From the IMG/VR virus record IMGVR_UViG_3300005663_000003, positions 1 through 64,000 of that record: a DNA stretch of 64,000 bases; one strand, 5' to 3'. The translations under genes were made by a program, and so were the position numbers. Origin of the DNA: a virus. The notes below the pieces were generated by a model. The model ran no database searches, had not been told where the DNA came from, and saw only the letters and a program-made list of their open reading frames with translations. Shown here piece after piece: positions 9,390-18,926 of this stretch (its first letter is position 1; each line of letters begins with the position of its first letter).

Positions 9390-11170
9390 ATGCCGCACGA
9401 CTGCACCGGGAAGCTCATCAAGCTGGGCGACTACGTCCAGGCGAACCCCATGAACCGGACGGAGGACTTCGTCGTCGGCCGCATCGTCGAGCTGACGGAG
9501 TCGCAGTTCTGCTCCGGCCAGATTCGCTGGCCCGGTATCGGGCAGCTCGACCAGGACTACTTCGACGCCAAGGACTGCACGCTCATCCTGAAGGGCGACG
9601 GGTCCGACAAGCTGGCCGACCGCGTCCCCGTCGTCGATGGGGCGTGCGTCCCCGACTAAACTTTCTGCTTGAGAGCGTCGCACCCGTCGCGCATCATGGG
9701 GTCTCAACCCCAACGCAAAGGTGAAGCGAATGCGTGCTCTGTTTGTAGTGGCGGAAGGTTACAAAGGCGAGAACTCGGGATGTGAATTGGAGACGCACAA
9801 CGGCGTCGCCACCCACACCCAAGACAACCAGGGCCCGCTGGTCCGATTGCAGATCGGATACCGCGACGCGGGCAGCCTGATGCGCTGGCTATGGATGGTG
9901 TTCCCCGACGCGGAGGCCAACGTCATCGGCTGCCGTTGTGCGTGCGGAAAGCTCGCGACCGTCAACCTCCACCTGTTGGGCGACAAGCCGAGCGGCCACT
10001 GGTGCGACGACTGTGTGCCAGAGGACAAGCGCGAGGAGTTCGAGGAGAACAAGGCGCGCGGCGCCCACCCTCACGAGAAGCGCGCGACCGAGGAGGCGGT
10101 GAGATACTACCTCCGGTCGGCCTACGGCTACACGGTCGAGGAGGTCGCCGACGCGATCCGCGAGCACCCCTACACCATCGCGTCGGCGGCGGGCAAGGGC
10201 ATGAGCGTCGAGGAGTGTGCGGTCGACATCAACCGGCGGCGCACGCGCCCGAGCCCCCGCGTCCAGCTCGAAGAAGCCGCAGCCGAGAAAGCGGCCGAGT
10301 GATGGGACACCACATCGACTCACAAGGCCGTTTCCAATCTGACAAACATCCATCGCTGCCGCCCGACCGGCTGCGCGTGAACATCACGAACCCGCTGAGC
10401 TGGGATGGTCTACTGCAACTCGCGGACTCCTACCAGACCAAGGACCCCGAGTTCGCTGACGATCTTCGGAACCGCGTCCGCTCGCTCGACCCGGGCCTTC
10501 GGCTCGGGGAGCCGTTGGGATCCCAGATCGACAGGCTCGCCAGCTTCATCATCGCCGAGGTCCCGGGCGAGCCGAGTGAAAGCGACGGGGCCATCGACAC
10601 CGCCATCAGGATCATCCGATCGCAGCGCGGTGACCTCCAGCGGCTCGCCGACGAACTCAACACCCTCGGTATCCAGCCGTGCGTGGCCGGGGTGGTCGAT
10701 GGCAAGATCATCATCGAAGGCGCCGTCGACGGTGCCCTCCGGTTGATCCGTCAGGCCAAGGCGTCACCGTCCGAGTCGATCGACCCCACGTGTTGCCGCG
10801 TGGACTGCGAACAGGAGTCCGCCCAGACCTTCCACCATGAGGGCTACACGAACGCCTGTGCGGACCACGTTCAGGAAGTCCTTCCGTGGGTGGGCGGAAC
10901 GGAAGCCCGAGGCCCCGACTGATGGCCGAACCGAACATCGACTACGACGACCTGGACTATGAGCAATGGGCCGAGATCGCGAGGCTACGCCGCGTCGTGG
11001 TCGTCATGGAAAGCCGGGAGGCGGTAGCCGTCAAGGATTCCCTGTTCGCACAGGCCAGGGTCAAGGAGGCTCGGGTCGCCGCACGCAAGGCGCGGGACGC
11101 CATGATCCAAGCCCTCTGGCCCGAGCCCGAGCAACCGCCAGTGCCAGCGGTCCAAGAGCCTGGAGCCTAA
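9390..11170 (+). other. Four hypothetical ORFs (9390-9659, 9721-10302, 10302-10922, 10922-11170)
   Basis: RBS before 9390; TGATG couplings between the last three. Confidence 0.65.
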
Positions 11171-11187
11171 CGGCTTAGGCCAACCCC

Positions 11188-11246
11188 AGAAACTTTCTGA
11201 ACTTTGTGTTTGACCGACGTGCCCCCGGTTGTATACTGGGGGCATG
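11188..11246 (+). promoter_or_regulatory. Conserved promoter cassette copy 1 (9-bp direct repeat, -35, -10, leaderless ATG)
   Basis: AGAAACTTTCTGAACTTTGTGT-TTGACC-16 nt-TATACT-6 nt-ATG. Confidence 0.85.
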
Positions 11247-11912
11247 AGCAACACGAACACGAACACGAACACCGCGCACGTCTTTGAGACCGCTGGCCTT
11301 GGCGCCTCCCCCTTCCGCTTCGTCGGCTTCGAGGACTCGGCCGCCAAGGTCAACACCGAGGACGGCATGGTCCGCACCACGGTCGACGGCCTCGACATCT
11401 TCACCAAGCCCGGCGGGAGCTGCGACTACTGCGGCACCTACATCGTCCAGTTCTGCTGGATCAAGTCGGCCGACGGCAAGCGCTTCAAGGTCGGCACGAG
11501 CTGCGTCAGCAAGACCGGCGACAAGGGCCTGGTTGACAGGGCCAAGCGCGCCGCTGGCCGCGTTCGCCGCGCGAAGGCGAAGGCCAAGCAGGTCATCAGG
11601 ATCGACGCCGCGCGGGCCGCGTTCATTGCCGACACCGACGGCGTGCGCACCTTCCTCGCGGACGTCGCGAGCCCCACGGAGTGGCGCGCGGAGAAGGGCG
11701 AGACGTGGGCCAGCTACGTCGCTTGGATGCTGGTCGACGGCGGAGCCAGCAGCTACAGCCGTGGCCCGAGCGCCCCGGAGTGGCTCACGGACGGGACGCT
11801 CATCCCCGGCGCCGGGCACACCGGCCAGTTCGAGATGACGAAGCTCATCGAGCGCGTCGCCAAGGGAACCCAGGACACGCCCATATGGGCGTGGCAGAAG
11901 GAGAGCAAGTAG
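11244..11912 (+). CDS. Hypothetical zinc-binding phage protein
   Basis: CDYCGT...FKVGTSCV; starts directly after the cassette promoter. Confidence 0.75.
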   Translation: MSNTNTNTNTAHVFETAGLGASPFRFVGFEDSAAKVNTEDGMVRTTVDGLDIFTKPGGSCDYCGTYIVQFCWIKSADGKRFKVGTSCVSKTGDKGLVDRAKRAAGRVRRAKAKAKQVIRIDAARAAFIADTDGVRTFLADVASPTEWRAEKGETWASYVAWMLVDGGASSYSRGPSAPEWLTDGTLIPGAGHTGQFEMTKLIERVAKGTQDTPIWAWQKESK

Positions 11913-11914
11913 AG

Positions 11915-13135
11915 ATGGAGCGGAAGCAAATCCTAGTCACCGTCGACACCGACCTGACCGATGGACAGATCGAGCACAACGGCGCGACCCTCTACCTCTG
12001 CGAAGGCATGGAAGGCGACCATTGCCACCCCGCCCTCGATGTCAAGGTCTACAAGGGCGAACCCGAACCCAAACCCAAACGAAGGAGCAAGACGATGAGA
12101 ACGAACACGATCATCCAGACCGAGGGGCCCGGCGCCCCGTGGCGCGGCAAGTTCAGGGGGCGCCATCTCGACGGCGGCGACCTCGGGAACGGAGAGGGGC
12201 GGTGCATCGTCTGGGTCGTGACCCTCACCGACGCGGTGATGCTCGACGACAAGGGCGAACCACTCCGGTGCGCAAACCGTTCGGAGGAGTTGCCAGCGCG
12301 GAAGCGGGTCAACGTCCTCGCCTGGTCGATGGCGAGCGTCGAATGAGTGAGGTCGTGATGAAGCTGGTGGGGCTCGTCGCCGGAATCCCGACGATGTATG
12401 ACGGGCTCTACCTCGTTCACTACGACCCGTCGACCCTGGAGGACACAGGGAGCATCGTCCTCTCGGCAACCGCTGACAAGGCCGAGGCGAAGCGATACCC
12501 CAGCCTCATCGAGTTGCGCGCGGAGTGGGCACGTTCGATCGGGCAACGTCCCGACGGTAGACAGGATCGGCCTCTCACCGCCTTCACCATCGAGATCGAG
12601 AACGCCGACTGATGAGCAGACACCGACCGAGCGGTGCCTACGGCCACCGGCTCACGCGCATGGGTCACGACGACTACCGGATGAGCTGGACCGTCGACCG
12701 CTACTACCCCGACTCGCGGCTGCGCTTCCCGACCCGCTACACCCGCGACACCGACGAGAAGGGCGCGCGGCGGTTCGCCAAGCGTCACGGCTGCGTGTTC
12801 CCCTGCAAACCTGGAGGCTTCTGATGACCGAGCACGCTGACATCGGGCACGGGTTCAGCATCGACATGAACCGCCTACCACCAGAGATGGTCGTGGTGAA
12901 CTGCGCTGGGTGCCGGACCGTGTTGCGCGTCGACCCTCAGAACAAATGGAAGGGCGAGGCAGTTCCCCAAAGAGTTCGAGGCAGGATCAAGGGGAAGCCG
13001 TTCTGCTCGGGGTGCCTCGATGTCTCAGGCGCTGGCATCAGCGGCTTGGCCGGTGGCATGGCTACCGACTTCGGAACGCCGAGTCCGTGGCATGAGAACT
13101 CACAACGTGCCGCCGAGGACGCACCCGGCGTGTAG
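11915..13135 (+). other. Four small hypothetical ORFs (11915-12346, 12343-12612, 12612-12824, 12824-13135)
   Basis: Coupled start/stop overlaps. Confidence 0.65.
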
Positions 13136-13144
13136 ACTGGACCC

Positions 13145-14158
13145 ATGGCGAAGAAGAAGCCACGACCCGGAGATGCCACCGTCGATGAATACCTCGACGC
13201 TGCCGATGACCTGCTCGGCGGGCTCGAAGCTGCGGCGGCGGTCAGCAAGGCCGAGGTCGCGCCGCTTCGGTTGGGGCTAGCGGTGTTCGCGCGTGAGGCT
13301 GGGCGCAAGGCCCTCGCTGGCATGAAGACCAAGCAGGTAGGCCGGGCCCGCATTCTCGTCCCCGGCGGCAAGAACGAGAAGAAGGCCATCGCCGCGAGCG
13401 AGCGGGTCCGCGATCGGTTCTCCCGGTTCAAGGTCAACTGGCTCGACAAGGGAGAAGTGAACCGGCTCATCTCGTCTGGCTTCACCAAGGCCGACCAGCG
13501 AAAGTTCTTCCGGCACAGCAACCGCCTGGCCCGGCAGTCGCGCATCTTCTTCGAGCGCCTTGGCGAGCTGGAGCCCAGCCTACAGGAGGAGATCGACGCG
13601 ACCCTCCGGCAGATCACCGACGCGCGGAACGACCTGACGAAGGTGGAGTTCCGAAGCTGGACCACGGTGCAGGAGAACCTGCTTCGGAACATCAACGGCC
13701 AGGCGTCGAGGCAAGCGACAGCCAACGCGGTCCAGACCTTCGACCTCGACCGGAACCTGTTCAACCTCGCGATGCTAGAACACCCGAAGGGCGTGGCGCG
13801 CGAGCTGCTCGCGAACAGCTCCGAGCGCATGGCCGCGCGGGTCACGAGGACGGCGAGCGAGCTACCGAAGAAGGCTCTGGTGTTCGTCGGCGCTGGGCCC
13901 GACGCGGTGAGCAAGATGACACCGGACAGCCGGGCGGCCCGCGTGATGTGGCGGGTGTTCTCGGCGGACCAACTCGACAAGCGGTTCGCCGCGCTGAACG
14001 CGGGGCGGCAGTCCAGCTCCTCGTGGCGTGGGCTGGGCCAGGCGCACAACACCCCGGAGTGGTATATCCCGATTCCGCCCGAGGTCGAGGACGACGTGAG
14101 GCGTTCGATGAGGAAGCGGCGCCAAGATTTCCTGACGCGAATCCAGATCAAAGAGTGA
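13145..14158 (+). CDS. Basic protein, possible head morphogenesis (MuF/SPP1 gp7-like)
   Basis: 337 aa, helical and basic, between portal and protease. C-terminal GLGQAHNTPEWYIP loosely recalls the MuF H-x-N motif. Leaderless start (TAGACT-6 nt-ATG). Confidence 0.45.
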   Translation: MAKKKPRPGDATVDEYLDAADDLLGGLEAAAAVSKAEVAPLRLGLAVFAREAGRKALAGMKTKQVGRARILVPGGKNEKKAIAASERVRDRFSRFKVNWLDKGEVNRLISSGFTKADQRKFFRHSNRLARQSRIFFERLGELEPSLQEEIDATLRQITDARNDLTKVEFRSWTTVQENLLRNINGQASRQATANAVQTFDLDRNLFNLAMLEHPKGVARELLANSSERMAARVTRTASELPKKALVFVGAGPDAVSKMTPDSRAARVMWRVFSADQLDKRFAALNAGRQSSSSWRGLGQAHNTPEWYIPIPPEVEDDVRRSMRKRRQDFLTRIQIKE

Positions 14159-14891
14159 AGCGATGGGCGCAGAGAGAATCCTGTGCGTGACATGCAAAAC
14201 GCCCCAACGATCGGGCGCGCTGTTCAACAGGATCGGGCTTTGCCCCACGTGCGTCGACATGACGATGGAGTTCGAGTGCAAGTGCTTCATGGAGAACGCC
14301 AAGGACGGAGACTTCGTCAAGGTCTGGTGGTCTCCAGCACGTCCCGGCAAGAGCACCACGGCGGGCTTCGTTCCACCGATGCCTTACATTCCGTGCCCAG
14401 AATGCGGGCGGTCGGATCGCATCCGGCGCATGTCCAGCGGCGGGCATGTGATGAGGATCGGAGCCGCCGACGTCGCGAGGATCGGAGCCCGGTCACAGAT
14501 CGAAGAAAGCCAGACACACAAAGGAGTGAGCGATGATCGAAGGATGGGACAAGGGACCGAGGGACCGGACGAAGAAAGGGTCGATCGCGATCCACGAATG
14601 CGCTGACTGGATTCGTCGGCTCGGGCGCCAGGTGGTCATCGAGGTCATGGACCTCAACGGACCGAAGGGACAGGAGGCGAACTCAGACGAGGGCGTGGCC
14701 TACGCCGACTTGGTCATCGGAGAAGGCGCGACCGCTCACCGCTGCCAGCTCGGGCCGGTGCGGTATGGAAGATTCCTCACTGCTGCGAGTCCTCCAATGC
14801 TTCCAACTCGCGCCGACGCGTTGCGCGAGCAGGAGCGCAGGGGACGTGCGGCGGCGGTGTTCATCTTCGAGCAGCTCAAGGAGGCCCTGGC

Positions 14892-15398
14892 GTGACCGAG
14901 CTGGTTCGCACAGCTACCTGCATTGTCGAAGGACTGCTGTGGGCGGGTAGCGTCCGCTCCCTCGACCTTTGCACTCTGCTCGACCTCCAGGAGCAGGGCC
15001 TGCGCCGAGTCATCTCGGTGCTGCCCATCGGCAACAGGCCATGTGACCAGAGTGCCGAGTTCATCCGGCAACTCCTGGCCCGCCTCAAGCTCCAGCACCG
15101 CATCGTGGTCTCCGCCGACGACGCCGCGTTACCACCCGACTACGTGGCGCACGCCCTCGGTGATGACCTGGCCCCGACCCTGATCCACTGCAACGCGGGC
15201 CAGAACCGCAGCACGGCCCTTGCCGCTTGCTGGCTGATCCATCATCGCATCGGCGCGGGCACCCTACTAGATGCTGCTCGCGCTCTGTCCTGCATCATGG
15301 AGCAGCGCGCCCGCGACCTCGGCGCTGTTCCCCGACTCTGGCCCGCCATGCAGGCCAACGTCGAAGCCTTCGCGGCCTGGAAGGACGCACAACCATGA
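14892..15398 (+). CDS. Dual-specificity/tyrosine phosphatase family protein
   Basis: LIHCNAGQNRS is the HCx5R P-loop; N-terminal IVEGLLWAGS. Confidence 0.85.
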   Translation: MTELVRTATCIVEGLLWAGSVRSLDLCTLLDLQEQGLRRVISVLPIGNRPCDQSAEFIRQLLARLKLQHRIVVSADDAALPPDYVAHALGDDLAPTLIHCNAGQNRSTALAACWLIHHRIGAGTLLDAARALSCIMEQRARDLGAVPRLWPAMQANVEAFAAWKDAQP

Positions 15399-15558
15399 CC
15401 GAGCTGGTTCGCAAGGGGACCGAGGTAGTCGGGGGCAAAACCGTCGACTACGAAATCCGCATCCGTCGCGACGGCACTCACTTCAAGTCGGTGTCGGAGG
15501 GCGGCTTCCTCCAATACATCTGCGAGGTTGAGAAGCCCGAGCCCGAGGACGACGAAGG

Positions 15559-15837
15559 ATGATGCGCCACCAACCGGTGATGCACAGCGACAGCGGGGGC
15601 GCGGCGAAGAAGCAGCGCGGCGGCTACACGCAGCCATCGACGAAGCCGGGAGGGATGGCGAAGGCGCAGAGGACTCGCGGCGGGGTCGTCCACACCGTCG
15701 TCTGCAAACCGGAGAAGACCGTGGGCTCCGTCGCTGGCTTGGCGAGGGTCGAGCCCGAGAACGTGGCGCCGAAGGTCGGACGGAACGACCCATGCCCGTG
15801 CGGCAGCGGGCTCAAGTCGAAGCGGTGCTGCGCGTGA
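15559..15837 (+). CDS. SEC-C motif protein
   Basis: C-terminal [20 protein letters not shown]. Confidence 0.85.
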   Translation: MMRHQPVMHSDSGGAAKKQRGGYTQPSTKPGGMAKAQRTRGGVVHTVVCKPEKTVGSVAGLARVEPENVAPKVGRNDPCPCGSGLKSKRCCA

Positions 15838-16230
15838 CGACGCGGCCACTCGCCGACCTCCTTGCCGATTGCTGGCTGCGCGGCGGCACTCCGAACATGC
15901 TCAGGATGGGACCGGTTCAGACCCGACTGTATCGGCGATGGATTCAGAGCGGCGCACTCGCGACCGTGGCGAAGCGCAACCACGCCCGAGCGACCAAGGG
16001 AGCGCGGCGCAGGAACCGAGGGCGCGGCACGTTCGCGCGCTGCCGATGAATGAAGGCAACGAAGTCAAGCGAACCGTCGAGCAAGTGATGCGCGGCGGCA
16101 AGATCGTCCCGATGCGCGAGCTGCGGAAGGGCGACCGCTTCACGTATCGCGGCAAAGAGTGGGACGCGACAACCGACGCAAGCTGGTGCGAGTCGCACGA
16201 GTGTTGGGAAGTCAACGCCAGGGGGCCAGT

Positions 16231-16638
16231 GTGAAGCGCGGTGGCTATCTCAAGCGCAGCTCGCCGATGCTCCGAGGCGGGAGCGCGCTACGTCGAGGCG
16301 CACCGCTCAAGCGCGGCACCCCCATCAACCAGGTCAACGTCGAGCGCCTCGCTAGACGGCGGGCGGTCCAGTTCTCACACCAGTCGGACCGTTGCCACGA
16401 GCTTCCGTGCTGCGCTTGCGGGATCGAAGACGGCCACATCCAGGCGGCACATATCAAGAGTCGCGCGAGCGGTGGCAAGGACCGCGCCAATATCGTGCCT
16501 TTGTGCTTCGCTTGTCATGGTGCGCAAGGTCAGGAAGGAATCGACACGTTTCAGAGACGGCGCGAAATCGACCTGCAAAGGATCGCAGATGAGATTTGCG
16601 ATCAACTCGAACGCGAGGGTGTCACATGGACCGAGTGA
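16231..16638 (+). CDS. HNH-type nuclease (Ref/DUF968-like)
   Basis: PCCACG...QAAHIKSRASGGKD..NIVPLCFACH. Confidence 0.8.
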   Translation: MKRGGYLKRSSPMLRGGSALRRGAPLKRGTPINQVNVERLARRRAVQFSHQSDRCHELPCCACGIEDGHIQAAHIKSRASGGKDRANIVPLCFACHGAQGQEGIDTFQRRREIDLQRIADEICDQLEREGVTWTE

Positions 16639-17153
16639 TTTCCATCTGCAAAGTATGCAGGGAAAGTGACGTCCACGCGAAAGGACGTTGCGCAAGATGC
16701 GCCGCCTACTGGAGACGGACTGGTCGAGAGAGGCCAACAGATCGACTGCTCCTATTCGCCAGAGGCGAGAACCACTGCGCTTGGAAGGGAGACGACGCCA
16801 GCACGACTACGAAGCGCGAGAGAGCGCAGAGGATGTATTCACTCGGGTCGTGTGATGAGTGCGGAAAGGCTGCGCACGACAGGCATCATCGAGATAGCGA
16901 CACCGGAAATAATGCACCCGAGAACATCGGGAAACTTTGTCGGCGCTGCCACATGGCCGAGGATGGCCGACTCGAAGCGTTCAGGAAACTTGCCAGGTCG
17001 AACGCTGAAAAGATGCGCAAGCCTCCTCGGAAGTGTCGGATCTGCCCGCGCATGACGACGGTCATCAGGAAAGGCAGATGCCATACTTGCGCGATGTATT
17101 ACCGCAGGCGCGGTGTTGAGCGTCCGTCAATCCTGCATCGCGCGAGGGCGTGA
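16626..17153 (+). CDS. Free-standing HNH endonuclease with flanking zinc fingers
   Basis: CDECG..DRHHRDSDTGNNAPENIGKLCRRCH plus two KGRCxxC repeats; codons visibly more AT-rich than neighbours. Confidence 0.85.
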   Translation: MDRVISICKVCRESDVHAKGRCARCAAYWRRTGRERPTDRLLLFARGENHCAWKGDDASTTTKRERAQRMYSLGSCDECGKAAHDRHHRDSDTGNNAPENIGKLCRRCHMAEDGRLEAFRKLARSNAEKMRKPPRKCRICPRMTTVIRKGRCHTCAMYYRRRGVERPSILHRARA

Positions 17154-17160
17154 CGTGGTC

Positions 17161-17358
17161 GTGAGGTCCGTCCGCTCGGGCTGCGCCTACATGGGCGCCC
17201 CTGTCGGGACTGAGGCGTGTTCCAAGCCAGGCTGACGTCGCGGCTTCCAGGTGAAGGTCTTCGCCTGCACAAAGCTCGGGCGGGCCTCCTTCCGCAAGAT
17301 CCCGGGCAGCGCGACCCCCGCGTGTGAGGGGTGTCCTCACTTCTCGTCTGCCAAGTGA
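17161..17358 (+). CDS. Candidate selenoprotein, 65 aa (in-frame TGA at 17233-17235 read as Sec); alternatively a pseudogene
   Basis: MRSVRSGCAYMGAPVGTEACSKPG*RRGFQVKVFACTKLGRASFRKIPGSATPACEGCPHFSSAK fills most of the intergenic gap. A SECIS-like hairpin starts 12 nt after the TGA. Confidence 0.6.
17248..17267 (+). promoter_or_regulatory. Bacterial SECIS-like hairpin
   Basis: CAGGTGAA GGTC TTCGCCTG; the apical A-GGUC-U matches my recollection of the E. coli fdhF SECIS loop. Confidence 0.55.
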
Positions 17359-17417
17359 GGCAGATGGGGGGCCCGTGATGTATGCTCCCGGGAGAACCAA
17401 TCTCCTGAGGAGGAACC

Positions 17418-17783
17418 ATGGGCGCCAAGACTTACAATCGGGACAAGGATCCCGATACCAACGCGACCCCCATCGACATCACCTACGATGGCGCGGAGAC
17501 CCCGACGGCCGAGGCACCGCTCGCGGTTGGCACGACCGGCGAAGCCGCCATCACGGTGCTCGCCGACGCCGACGAGAGCGGCGGCATCGACGTCCAGCCG
17601 CTCTACACCGTGAGCCTCGTCCCCGTCATCGACGCGGCGGCTCCCGGCGGGCAGCGGCTGACCGTCACCGTCACGCCCATCCTGGGCGGAGGCGGCAGCG
17701 GCACGCCCCTGGTCTTCACTGCCCCTCACCCCGAGACGATGGACGCGTGGCAGACCGCAGCCGGTCGGCCGCAGCAGGTCTAG
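17418..17783 (+). CDS. Probable small virion protein
   Basis: Thr/Ala/Val-rich; strong GAGGAGG RBS; -10 TATGCT at 17381; downstream hairpin. Confidence 0.6.
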   Translation: MGAKTYNRDKDPDTNATPIDITYDGAETPTAEAPLAVGTTGEAAITVLADADESGGIDVQPLYTVSLVPVIDAAAPGGQRLTVTVTPILGGGGSGTPLVFTAPHPETMDAWQTAAGRPQQV

Positions 17784-17854
17784 CTCAACCGACCGGGGCC
17801 CTCGCCGTGGTTCCGCGCCTCTAACGGCGAGGGCCTCCGTCCTGCGGAGGCCCA

Positions 17855-18085
17855 ATGCCCATCCCCGAGCCGAGGTCTGGCGAGTCGGAGCAAGACTTCG
17901 TCTCGCGGTGCATCCCCACTCAGGTCGAGGAGGGCAAGTCGCAGGAGATCGCGGCGGGCATCTGCTTCTCGACCTTCCGCGAGGCGGCGCGGACAAGGCT
18001 GCGCACGTCGGCGCGCAAGCTCAACACGCGCCTAGCTGAGCGCGTCCACCGTCCAGAAGACCGGAAGCGAAAGAAGAAGCGATGA
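17855..18085 (+). CDS. Small head-module protein
   Basis: P..GESEQDFVSRCI...EGKSQEIAAGICFS is a pattern recurrent in phage head regions. Confidence 0.65.
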   Translation: MPIPEPRSGESEQDFVSRCIPTQVEEGKSQEIAAGICFSTFREAARTRLRTSARKLNTRLAERVHRPEDRKRKKKR

Positions 18086-18846
18086 GCCTGCCCGTTCTGG
18101 AGCTGTCGGGAGTAGCCCACGGGCTCAAGCTCATCGAGGCGGGGATGCCTTCGGGCGTCGTCGTCGAGAAGCCGACCGACTACGCGGGCAAGTCGTTCCG
18201 GTTCGCCGAGGGCGACGGCTTCCGCTCGGTCCAGTTCGGTGCGGCGGTTGGTCCCTTCCGTAGCCTGATGGCGCTGCCGCCTCACATCATCCACGGCCTC
18301 GACACCGCGAGGCTACGGGAGCTGGGCGACGCGCACGACCTCTACATCGTGGAGATGAGAGGCACCGCGAAGATGCGCGAGGAGAGCGACGACGAGCCCG
18401 AGGGCGGGATGCACTGGCACGAGGCGGACCGCGAAGCAGGTCAGACCCTCCCGGGTGAGCCGAGTTGGCATCGCCACGTCTTCCTCGTCACCGACGAGAT
18501 GGAGCTGGAAGGCGGGGCGGTCATCCCGGCGGGCTCCCTCATCTTCACCGAGCTGGACGGCGGCCACCCGCACGCCATCGCCGAGGGTGGCAACGCCACC
18601 GAGGAAGACGGCCCGCACGGCCACGCGGTGAGGATCCTCCTCCCGAGCGGTGAGGTCTTGGAGCTGGCGACCACCGAGGGTGGCGCCCATCCCCACCAGC
18701 TCATGGTCCGGCGCACCGGCCTCGACGGCTTGCACGGCCACGACTTGACCATCGGTGGCGTGCGCCTCACGTCCCTCACCCCGGCCCAGTTCGCAGAGCT
18801 AGAGCAGGGCGACGACGACGAGGGCGAGGTAACGGACCCCAGCTAG
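18082..18846 (+). CDS. Acidic protein with six HxH repeats (putative metal binding)
   Basis: MHWH, WHRH, GHPH, PHGH, AHPH, LHGH. Confidence 0.7.
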   Translation: MSLPVLELSGVAHGLKLIEAGMPSGVVVEKPTDYAGKSFRFAEGDGFRSVQFGAAVGPFRSLMALPPHIIHGLDTARLRELGDAHDLYIVEMRGTAKMREESDDEPEGGMHWHEADREAGQTLPGEPSWHRHVFLVTDEMELEGGAVIPAGSLIFTELDGGHPHAIAEGGNATEEDGPHGHAVRILLPSGEVLELATTEGGAHPHQLMVRRTGLDGLHGHDLTIGGVRLTSLTPAQFAELEQGDDDEGEVTDPS

Positions 18847-18926
18847 TGAGGAGAAAGTGAGGGGGCGGCCTTGTAGTCGTCGGTGGGGTCGAGTAGCTTC
18901 TGAGGCAGAGGGCGGGAGGCCCAGCT

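Noticed and set aside
11249-11272. (AACACG)n microsatellite as a phase-variation tract
   Set aside because: The 6-bp unit preserves frame; it more likely reflects CA-rich unstructured starts of leaderless mRNAs.
17233-17235. Genome-wide TGA reassignment (code 4/25) as the explanation of the in-frame TGA
   Set aside because: TGA ends many clear genes here (portal, tape measure) with ATGA/GTGA/TGATG couplings, so it is a normal stop.
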